A stretch of 10,310 bases of DNA, from positions 1 to 10,310 of the forward strand of contig JBDHJS010000084.1 of the NCBI GenBank assembly GCA_039586795.1. The letters are read 5' to 3'. Positions 1 to 7,108 of the stretch are shown here, one piece after another; position 1 is the first letter of the stretch; each line of letters opens with the position of its first letter. The translations under genes and the position numbers were made by a program. The notes below the pieces were generated by a model, which saw only the letters and a list, made by a program, of their open reading frames with translations, made no database searches and was not told where the DNA came from. The stretch is from Gemmatimonadota bacterium (GTDB lineage Bacteria; Gemmatimonadota; Gemmatimonadetes; Palauibacterales; KS3-K002).

Positions 1-918
1 CAAAAGCTGCTGGGGAGTCTTTACACGCTCATCTTGATCCGCGTGATAGAACCAGCCCGGCCTGATCGAGGTGTTGCAGAGCGGAACGACCCATTGCTGC
101 CCCTCCGGGTCTCCGCTGTTGAGGTAAGCCACGTCGGCTGCTCCTACCACGATCCCGTCCGTGTTGATCGTCGACCAGTTGGTCTCGCCGGCGTAGCCAT
201 GCTCGTTTCCGATCCAGCGGATATCGGGCCCGGCGTCGGAGAAGATCAGCACGCCCGGCTGCAATGACTTGATCAGCCCCCACGTGTCTTCCCAATCGTA
301 ATACGTCTCGCGATCGATGCGGCGCTCTTCGTTCGCACCGCCGTAATAGCCGGTACCGCCGTTCGCACCATCGATCCAGACTTCCGTCACATCGCCGTAT
401 TCGGTCAACAACTCGCGAAGTTGATTTCGGTAGTAGTCGAGGTATTGCGGGCTTCCGTACTCGGCGTGGTTGCGATCCCATGGGGACAGATAGAACCCAA
501 CCTTCACTCCGTGCTCGCGCGCCGCCGATGCGAACTCACCCACGACGTCGCCGCTCCCACCACTCCACCGGCTGCTCTTGACCGAGTGGCTCGTATGCGC
601 CGAGGGCCAGAGACAGAACCCGTCGTGGTGTTTCGCGGTGAGGATCAGCTCCCGCATGCCGGCTTCAGCGGCAACCGACACCCACTGACGCGCATCGAAC
701 TCCGTGGGGTTGAACACGTCCGGGGATTCATCTCCGAATCCCCACTCCTGGTCGGTGAACGTGTTGACCGTGAAATGGATGAACCCGATGAGCTCCATTC
801 TCTGGTATTCAATCTGCTGCGGCGTCGGGACGACGTCGTTGGGAGGGATGTCCTGGGGCAACTCCACGCACGCGCCCAAGGCCGACACGAGGATGATACT
901 ACTCGCGAAACGTATCAA
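1..918 (-). CDS. Alpha-L-fucosidase (glycoside hydrolase family 29), predicted lipoprotein; 3' end lies beyond the window
   Basis: Not in the ORF track. Hand translation from TTG at 918 is open for 306 codons to position 1: MIRFASSIILVSALGAC (lipobox LGAC, Cys17)...FIHFTVNTFTDQEWGFGDE...ILTAKHHDGFCLWPS...GFYLSPWDRN...EVWIDGANG (nucleophile Asp)...DIRWIGNE (acid/base Glu position of GH29B-type enzymes)...SIRPGWFYH. The TTG start overlaps the upstream TGA stop (TTGA, 915-918). Confidence 0.95.
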   Translation of the reverse strand, partial: MIRFASSIILVSALGACVELPQDIPPNDVVPTPQQIEYQRMELIGFIHFTVNTFTDQEWGFGDESPDVFNPTEFDARQWVSVAAEAGMRELILTAKHHDGFCLWPSAHTSHSVKSSRWSGGSGDVVGEFASAAREHGVKVGFYLSPWDRNHAEYGSPQYLDYYRNQLRELLTEYGDVTEVWIDGANGGTGYYGGANEERRIDRETYYDWEDTWGLIKSLQPGVLIFSDAGPDIRWIGNEHGYAGETNWSTINTDGIVVGAADVAYLNSGDPEGQQWVVPLCNTSIRPGWFYHADQDERVKTPQQLL

Positions 919-2003
919 CCGATGACCTGTTCGTACAGACGATACAGGTTCAGACCCATGATCTTCTCGATCTCGGCTTCGGAGTACCCCCTACCCTCCA
1001 GCCCGTCCCAGACGACCTCCATGCGCCGCGGTCCGTTCAGCTCGTCAATGAAGTAGGGGAGTTCATGGCTGACCACCTGCGCGCCTTCCTCGGCCCGCAG
1101 CTCCGCCTCGTACTCGGGCGTCATCTCGATGACCCGGTGGTCCCGATCACTGCCGATGCACACCTGCTCGATTCCCGCCACGTTGACCGCGTGATCGATG
1201 TGGTCGAAATAGGCGTGCAGGTTGTCCTTCTTCTTATACGTCAGGAACGGTCGCAGCTGGCACACGCCGACCAGGCCGCCGTGGTCGGCGAGTCGCCGGA
1301 GATTGGCATCCGACATGTTCCGTGCATGCGGATGCACGGCATCGCATCCGGTGTGGGAGTTGATCACCGGCACCCGCGAATGCTCGATCGCCTCCGCCAT
1401 CGTCCGCTCGTTGGCGTGCGAGAGATCGACCAGCATGCTGATGGCGTTCATCCGATCGATCAGCTCGCGACCGAATTCGGTGAGGCCACCCTCATCGCCT
1501 TCGGCCCGGCATCCCACACCGACGAGATTGCGTTCGTTGTACGTCAGTTGGCAGCTGGTCAGGCCGAGTCGGTAGAACATCTCGACTCGATCCAGGTCAT
1601 CGTCGAACTGGGTGGCGTTTTGATAAAGGTAGAACACCGCCATCCGCCCGGACGCACGAGCCTCATCGACATGACCGACCGACGTCGCCTTCACGAACAG
1701 CTCCGGGTGCACCGCCAGGTAGCGGTCGTATTCCATCAGCCCGTCCACCGCCAGCTCTAGCGCCTCAGCACCCTCCGCCTTTGGATCGCACAGCGTGACG
1801 GTAATCGAGTCGATTCCGCTAGCCAGCATCTCCCGGACAAGGGGCGGCTCGTAGATCGGCCTCAGCTCCCCCATGGCGTCCATGATGAGGGCCTCGGGAT
1901 TCGCACGACCCGGGCGTGGCTCGCCTCCCGCCGATATGCGGGGCATGAGATGCAGAGCTGCCGCCGAGGCAGCCGCACGCTTCACAAAGCTGCGTCGATC
2001 CAT
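915..2003 (-). CDS. Membrane dipeptidase (peptidase M19, amidohydrolase fold) family protein with twin-arginine signal
   Basis: 362 aa. M19 motifs QLTYNERN, GGLTEFGRELIDRMN, LVDLSH, INSH, HARNMSD, GGLVG, HIDHAVNVAGIEQVCIGSD and KIMGLN. N-terminal DRRSFVK fits the Tat consensus. GGAGGG/AAGGG upstream of the ATG. Confidence 0.88.
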   Translation of the reverse strand: MDRRSFVKRAAASAAALHLMPRISAGGEPRPGRANPEALIMDAMGELRPIYEPPLVREMLASGIDSITVTLCDPKAEGAEALELAVDGLMEYDRYLAVHPELFVKATSVGHVDEARASGRMAVFYLYQNATQFDDDLDRVEMFYRLGLTSCQLTYNERNLVGVGCRAEGDEGGLTEFGRELIDRMNAISMLVDLSHANERTMAEAIEHSRVPVINSHTGCDAVHPHARNMSDANLRRLADHGGLVGVCQLRPFLTYKKKDNLHAYFDHIDHAVNVAGIEQVCIGSDRDHRVIEMTPEYEAELRAEEGAQVVSHELPYFIDELNGPRRMEVVWDGLEGRGYSEAEIEKIMGLNLYRLYEQVIG

Positions 2004-2113
2004 CCCTTAAATCCCTCCAGTCACCGCCAAGAATCCACGGTCGGCGACATTCTCATAGTCTCCATCGCTCGGCTTCTCTGCGAGTGCGATCGCTAGGATA
2101 GCCGCTGGGTCAG

Positions 2114-2648
2114 TCAATAGCTCACCTGAACGCCCAGCTCCACTTGCCGCTTGTCCAGCGCAGCCAACGGCTCGCCGAACAAATCGGACTGCAGATTCCC
2201 AAGAAACATGTCCACATCGCCGGGCTGGGCGTAGGTCACGCCGACGTCCAGCAGCCATAAATCGGCGAACTCCCAACCAAAACCGCCCGTTAAGCCTACG
2301 CCCGAGTAGCTTTGACCGCTGCACTCCACACATATATCAACCCACGAAGCGAAGCCAATTCCACCGCTCAGGTGTATCGGGGCCGACGGGAGCACGTAGG
2401 TAACGCCGACAGCCGAGAGAATACACCTGGAATGAAGGGCTCACTTGCGCTCCGATCTTGAAGTCGGTTGCCAGTCCCACATCCGTCTGGCGATCGGAGT
2501 CGAAAGAACCACTGCTGATTGTATAGGTCGTCGCACCCACGCCCAGCCCGAAACCGATGATGAACCCGCTACGCTGAGCAAGCAGTTCATTGGCTCCGGC
2601 CAGCGACAAGAACAAAGCGATGGAAGCGAGAGCAGGTGAGCGGTGCAT
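2114..2648 (-). pseudogene. Frameshifted small outer-membrane beta-barrel protein (about 177 aa if rejoined)
   Basis: Two overlapping ORFs (2337-2648 and 2114-2395) read as one protein. The 5' part has a GGGAGG RBS, a Sec signal (MHRSPALASIALFLSLAGANELLA/Q) and amphipathic strands (GFIIGFGLGVG, TDFKIGAQV). Strand-like sequence continues in the next frame from about 2419 (LSAVGVTY, HLSGGIGF, GVGLTGGFGWEF, LLDVGVTY) and ends in VELGVQVSY with a terminal aromatic residue typical of barrels. Confidence 0.7.
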
Positions 2649-2677
2649 GGTAGCCTCCCGGTCGGACGAGATTTGCT

Positions 2678-2706
2678 ACCGTAAGGTGAATGGGACAAAA
2701 GTGCAA
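2678..2706 (-). promoter_or_regulatory. Candidate sigma70-type promoter for the barrel/M19/GH29 block
   Basis: Minus strand TTGCAC (2706-2701), exactly 17 nt, then TACGGT (2683-2678; keeps the TA---T core). It lies in an AT-richer gap downstream of the terminator and about 30 nt before the ATG at 2648. Confidence 0.4.
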
Positions 2707-2754
2707 CAACTAAGCAGAACAATTATCGCTATCGCCAACAACTCCCTTGCCCTA

Positions 2755-2791
2755 CAACACAAAACGGTGCCGCACCGTAGTGCGGCACCGT
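2755..2791 (-). terminator. Rho-independent terminator ending block 1
   Basis: Perfect 12-bp inverted repeat (2764-2775 / 2780-2791). Minus strand reads ACGGTGCCGCAC-TACG-GTGCGGCACCGT followed by TTTGTGTTG. It begins 28 nt after the S9 peptidase stop. Confidence 0.88.
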
Positions 2792-2819
2792 CAATGACAA
2801 GAGTCATACTATCTATCAA

Positions 2820-4739
2820 CTACTCGGCGATCGTGTCGGTCTCGCCCTTCAAATACTTGTCGAGGAACTCGAGGATCGCCGCGTAGCCCTCCAGCTGGTT
2901 CTCCTTCTTGATGAACCCGTGACCTTCATCCTCGAACACGATGTACTCCACCGGTACGCCGTTCGCACGCGCCGCCGCGACGATCTCGTCCGACTCGACC
3001 TGAAGCACCCGCGGATCGTTGGCGCCCTGTAGCACCATCAACGGCTGCGTAATGCTCTCGGCGTGGAACAACGGCGAGATCCTGAGCAGCCGATCCCGGT
3101 CCTCCGCCGGGTCGCCCAGCTCGGTGTAGAGCGCCTCGCGGAACGATTCCCACCACGGCGGGATATTCTCCAGCGTCCGCACCCAGTTCGAGATGCCGAA
3201 CAGGTCGACGCCAACGGCGAACTCGTCGGGGGCGAGCGTCAGAGCGGCGAGCACCATGTAGCCGCCATAGCTACCGCCACCGATGCCGATCCGCTCCGGG
3301 TCCACGTAACCGGTCTCGATCAGCATCTGCTTGCTGGCCACGCAGTCGGCCAGGTCAGCTTCGCCGTGCTGCCTGTCGTCCATCTTGTAGAACGTTTTGC
3401 CGTAGCCGCTGCTGCCCCGATTGTTGATCGCGTAGATCACGTAGCCGTGGTTGACCAGGTACTGGATCAGCCCGCTGTAATCCACTCGAGACTGGCCGCC
3501 GGGCCCGCCGTGCACCCAAACCAAAGCCGGCGCTTTCGCATCCAGGCTCGCCTGATGCGGCTTATAGAGCACGCCCGGTATCTCTACACCGTCGTAGGAC
3601 GCGAATCGCACGACTTCGCCTTCGACCAGGTCATTCGTGTCGACGTTGGGGTTCAGCGTGTTGGTCAGCCGGCGCGGCTCGCCGCCGCTCATATCGTACA
3701 CAAAGAGATCCCGCGGGAAGCGACTGCCGCTGACGTAAAACGCCATCGCCTGCTCGTCCCGGGAGAACCGGACCGTCGTGATGTCACCCGCCGGCAGCTC
3801 GGGCAGCTCCACGGGTGTCATGGTCGCTGCTTCGAAGATCCTGATCTCGGTGCTGGCGTCGTTGTTGATGCCGACAACCATGTACGTCCCATGTTTGGAA
3901 AAGTAGCCGTACCAGATATCCCAGTCGTACTGCTGAACGGTCTCGATTGCGTCGGTCGCCAGATCACGACGCATCAGGTAGGTGAACTCGCTCCCCTCAT
4001 CGGTCAAGTAGTAGAGGCTGGAACCGTCAGGACTGAACGTTTGGGGCTGATAGCTGATGTCACCCTCGTGGGGGGTGAGATGCTTCATCTCGCCGGTCTG
4101 GCGATCGTAGAGGTACATGTCGCTGTCCGACGTCGTGTTCGGCCTCGAGAACGCGATGTACCGCTTGTCGGGTGAGATGTCGGCGAAGCCGTATCCGGTC
4201 TCATCCTGGTAGACCAGCGAACGCCCGTAGTCAGCGATCGATATCTCATAGATGTCGAAGAAGCGGTTGTCACGCTCGTTCGTGGAGATGAAGAACGAGC
4301 GGTCATCCTGAGCCCAACCAAGGTAATTGGCTTTCAGACCGTCGCCCGGTGTGAGGTCGGTGACCGACCCATCGAGCTCGCGAACGTAGACGTGGTCCAG
4401 TTCGTCACCGCCCCGGTCGGCCAGGTAGATGAACCGCTCGTCCTCCGGGAAGAAGGATCTCACGAATATGCCATCGGTCGTAGACTCGGTGAGCTGAACG
4501 TGCTCGCTTCCGTCAACCGGAACGGCAAACGCGTTGTAGACTCCGGTCTCGTTGCTGCTCACCAGGATCTTGCTCTTGTCCGGCGAGAAAGAGGAGCCGG
4601 TGACGTTGGTGTTGTCGAGGAAGTCCTCGATGGTGTACTGGGCGACCGCCCGCGCCTCGATCATCCCATCGTCTGCCTGGCAGCCCGCTAGTAGAGCGGC
4701 CAGCGCGATGGGAACCGCATAGAGAGTCAGCCTTCGCAT
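2820..4739 (-). CDS. S9 family peptidase (prolyl oligopeptidase / dipeptidyl-aminopeptidase / acylaminoacyl-peptidase type), predicted lipoprotein
   Basis: 639 aa. Lipobox LAGC (Cys20); beta-propeller repeats (FSPDKSKI, ISPDKRYIAF, FSPDGSSLYY); HGGPGG; NRGSSGYGK; catalytic triad GGSYGG (Ser), GANDPRV (Asp), DEGHGF (His). AGGAGG RBS at 4744-4749. Confidence 0.95.
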   Translation of the reverse strand: MRRLTLYAVPIALAALLAGCQADDGMIEARAVAQYTIEDFLDNTNVTGSSFSPDKSKILVSSNETGVYNAFAVPVDGSEHVQLTESTTDGIFVRSFFPEDERFIYLADRGGDELDHVYVRELDGSVTDLTPGDGLKANYLGWAQDDRSFFISTNERDNRFFDIYEISIADYGRSLVYQDETGYGFADISPDKRYIAFSRPNTTSDSDMYLYDRQTGEMKHLTPHEGDISYQPQTFSPDGSSLYYLTDEGSEFTYLMRRDLATDAIETVQQYDWDIWYGYFSKHGTYMVVGINNDASTEIRIFEAATMTPVELPELPAGDITTVRFSRDEQAMAFYVSGSRFPRDLFVYDMSGGEPRRLTNTLNPNVDTNDLVEGEVVRFASYDGVEIPGVLYKPHQASLDAKAPALVWVHGGPGGQSRVDYSGLIQYLVNHGYVIYAINNRGSSGYGKTFYKMDDRQHGEADLADCVASKQMLIETGYVDPERIGIGGGSYGGYMVLAALTLAPDEFAVGVDLFGISNWVRTLENIPPWWESFREALYTELGDPAEDRDRLLRISPLFHAESITQPLMVLQGANDPRVLQVESDEIVAAARANGVPVEYIVFEDEGHGFIKKENQLEGYAAILEFLDKYLKGETDTIAE

Positions 4740-4761
4740 ACGACCTCCTGGTTGAAAAGGC

Positions 4762-5337
4762 CTACGCCGCCAGACTCTGACCGGCAGCGAAAGCCCGCTC
4801 GTTGAGGCTCAGAAGTTTTCCGGGGATCCGTTCCTGTAGGGTATTCTCCCACACTTCCCGTGGGATGTCCAGCGACTCCGAAAGAGCGCCCAAAAGCACG
4901 ACATTAGCCGCGCGGTGGTTACCCAGCTCGATAGCGCGCTCGGTGGCGTTAACGCTCACCACGTCGAAGCCCCTGCCCTTCAGGAATTCAACCGCGTCCT
5001 CCGGGTACGGCCGCTCATCGCCGATTCGGATCGGCTCGACTTGATGCTCGTTGATGATGATCGTGCCGCCGTGTTTCACGAAATGGGCATAGCGCAGCGC
5101 TTCCAGCTTCTCCAAGGCCAGCAGGTAGTCCACGTCGGCCCGTCGCGCCATCGGCGAGTAGACCCGATCGCCGAACCGGACGTGGCTGAACACCGCGCCG
5201 CCACGCTGAGCCACACCGTGGAACTCACCCTGCTTCACATCGTGGCCGGCGTTGATGGCAGCCAACGCCAACAGCTCGCTGGCCAAGATGGCGCCCTGCC
5301 CTCCCACACCGGCGATCAGTACGTTCGTCACCGTCAT
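4762..5337 (-). CDS. iorB: Indolepyruvate:ferredoxin oxidoreductase subunit beta
   Basis: 191 aa. AGVGGQG, HGVAQRGGAVFSHVRFG, EKLEALRY, ANVVLLGAL and NERAFAAG motifs. Starts 3 nt after the iorA stop, with GAGGAGG in the iorA tail. Confidence 0.93.
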   Translation of the reverse strand: MTVTNVLIAGVGGQGAILASELLALAAINAGHDVKQGEFHGVAQRGGAVFSHVRFGDRVYSPMARRADVDYLLALEKLEALRYAHFVKHGGTIIINEHQVEPIRIGDERPYPEDAVEFLKGRGFDVVSVNATERAIELGNHRAANVVLLGALSESLDIPREVWENTLQERIPGKLLSLNERAFAAGQSLAA

Positions 5338-5340
5338 CGC

Positions 5341-7074
5341 TCAGCCCTCCTCGACCAGCGTGATGGCTTCCGCCGGACACAACTCGGCGCACATCGCGCA
5401 CCCCCGGCACTCCCACTCGCGAATGAACGGCGCTTCGTCCTTCCATACCAAAGCCGGGCATCCCGTCTCGAAGCACTCCTCGCACATGATGCAGTCCTCG
5501 GGGATGACAGCGTAGTGCTCGTGCTCTTTCGTCTTCTCTTCCGGGAGCAGCTGACAGCGTCGGCGGGCGATGATGACCGCGGGCCCCGCGTGGTTGAGCC
5601 CGGCCCGGATTGCGCTCTCCGTCGCTTCAAGATCCCAGGGGTCGACGACCTTCACGTGCTCCACGCCCAGCGCCTTGATCAGCGTCTCGTAGTCGACAGC
5701 CGGGGCGGCGTCACCCTTCAACGAGTGCCCCGTCCCGGGGTGCTCCTGGTGGCCGGTCATCCCGGTTGTACCGTTGTCGAGGAGTACGGTCGTCGTCGGT
5801 ACCCGGTTGTAGACGGCGCTCAGGATGCCGGGAAGTCCCGCGTGCAAAAATGTCGAGTCACCGATCACCGCCACCACCTTCTCCTCGCCGGCTCGGTTGA
5901 AGCCCGTCGCGTTGCCGATGCTGGCCCCCATGCAAAACGTGGTGTGCATGGCGTCGAATGGCGGCAGGGTACCCAGCGTGTAGCAGCCGATGTCTCCCGT
6001 GACCAATGCTCCGAGGTTCTTTAGTGTGGTGAAGACGCCGCGATGGGCGCAGCCGGCGCAGAGCACCGGCGGACGCGGGAGAATTGTCGCCTCCTGACTC
6101 AGGTCGCCCGGTATGGGCGCGCCGTTGAGGCCCGCTGCAACGATGTCGGCGCTGAGCTCGCCGATATTCGTGAAACGCTCCTTGCCGATGACGTTCAGGA
6201 TTCCGAACCCGGCCATCTCCCCTTCTATGAAGCCCTCGCTCTCCTCGACCACGTAGACCGTTTCGAAGCGTGCGCAGAATTCCTTAAGCCGCCTCTCGGG
6301 CAGCGGGTAGATCATCCCGAGCTTAAAGACCGTGGCCTCCGGAGCGACCTCCTTCACGTATTGATAGGGGATCCCGTGACTCACGATGCCGATCTTCGGG
6401 TCGCCTTCCTCGATGACGTTGCCATCGAACTCTTCGGCAAACTCGCGCAGCTGCTGGAGCTTCTTCTCCAGCTCCGGCCGGCGGAATCGTGCATAGACCG
6501 GGATCGCGTACTGACTCGATTCACGGGAGAACTTCTTGCGCGCCGCTTCGACGCGGCCGCCCGGCTCGACGATGCCGCGGGTGTGCGCCAACCGCGTGGT
6601 GGTGCGGAACATGACCGGCGTCTCGAACCGCTCGCTCAGCTCGAAGGCAGCCTTCGTCATCTCTCGGGCTTGGGCGGCGTCCGCCGGCTCGAGCAGCGGG
6701 ACCTTAGCCAGCTTCGCGAAGTAACGGCTGTCCTGCTCGTTCTGCGAGGAGTACATGCCGGGGTCGTCGGCGACGAGGACCACGAAGCCGGCGTTCGTCC
6801 CGGCGTAGGGGAAGACCATGAACGGGTCGGCGGCAACGTTCAGTCCGACGTGCTTCATGGTCACCATCGTGCGGGCGCCGCCGAGCGCCGCGCCCATGCC
6901 TTCTTCGAACGCCACCTTCTCGTTGGTCGACCAGTGGGCATCGATCTCGTCGTACGTGGCCAGCTGCTCGAGCACTTCCGTGCTGGGCGTGCCCGGGTAG
7001 CCGGAGGCGAAGACGACGCCAGCTTCCCATGCGCCACGCGCGGTGGCTTCGTTGCCCGACATCAGTTTCTTCAC
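5341..7074 (-). CDS. iorA: Indolepyruvate:ferredoxin oxidoreductase subunit alpha (TPP enzyme with two [4Fe-4S] ferredoxin motifs)
   Basis: 577 aa. MSGNEA, GYPGTPSTE, NEKVAFE, MKHVGLNVAADP, DDPGMYSSQNEQDSR, RPPVLCAGCAHR, GDIGCYTL, TPP motif IGDSTFLHAG...LDNGTTGMTG, and C-terminal CIMCEEC...CP and CRGCAMCAELCP. GGAGGG lies 9 nt before the GTG. Confidence 0.96.
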   Translation of the reverse strand: MKKLMSGNEATARGAWEAGVVFASGYPGTPSTEVLEQLATYDEIDAHWSTNEKVAFEEGMGAALGGARTMVTMKHVGLNVAADPFMVFPYAGTNAGFVVLVADDPGMYSSQNEQDSRYFAKLAKVPLLEPADAAQAREMTKAAFELSERFETPVMFRTTTRLAHTRGIVEPGGRVEAARKKFSRESSQYAIPVYARFRRPELEKKLQQLREFAEEFDGNVIEEGDPKIGIVSHGIPYQYVKEVAPEATVFKLGMIYPLPERRLKEFCARFETVYVVEESEGFIEGEMAGFGILNVIGKERFTNIGELSADIVAAGLNGAPIPGDLSQEATILPRPPVLCAGCAHRGVFTTLKNLGALVTGDIGCYTLGTLPPFDAMHTTFCMGASIGNATGFNRAGEEKVVAVIGDSTFLHAGLPGILSAVYNRVPTTTVLLDNGTTGMTGHQEHPGTGHSLKGDAAPAVDYETLIKALGVEHVKVVDPWDLEATESAIRAGLNHAGPAVIIARRRCQLLPEEKTKEHEHYAVIPEDCIMCEECFETGCPALVWKDEAPFIREWECRGCAMCAELCPAEAITLVEEG

Positions 7075-7108
7075 GCCCAGCCACCCTCCAGATTGTGGAT
7101 GATTCGCA

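Noticed and set aside
29..481. 150-aa Arg-rich minus-strand ORF
   Set aside because: Alternate frame inside the GH29 gene, which has clear family motifs in another frame.
2004..2113. Riboswitch or small RNA in the 110-nt gap before the M19 gene
   Set aside because: Only a weak GC-rich pairing (GTCGCC/GGTGAC) is visible, with no recognisable aptamer or U-tract.
2007..2333. 108-aa minus-strand ORF bridging the barrel gene and the M19 gene
   Set aside because: Off-frame overlap with the barrel's 3' half, with no motifs, no clear RBS and non-protein-like composition.
2410..2425. Phase variation or programmed ribosomal frameshift at the barrel gene break
   Set aside because: (TC)3 is too short for a typical contingency tract, and no canonical slippery heptamer is present.
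2441..2886. Short ORFs across the AT-richer gap (2441-2722 minus, 2590-2886 plus)
   Set aside because: They overlap the barrel gene, the terminator or the peptidase end, and show no coding signals.
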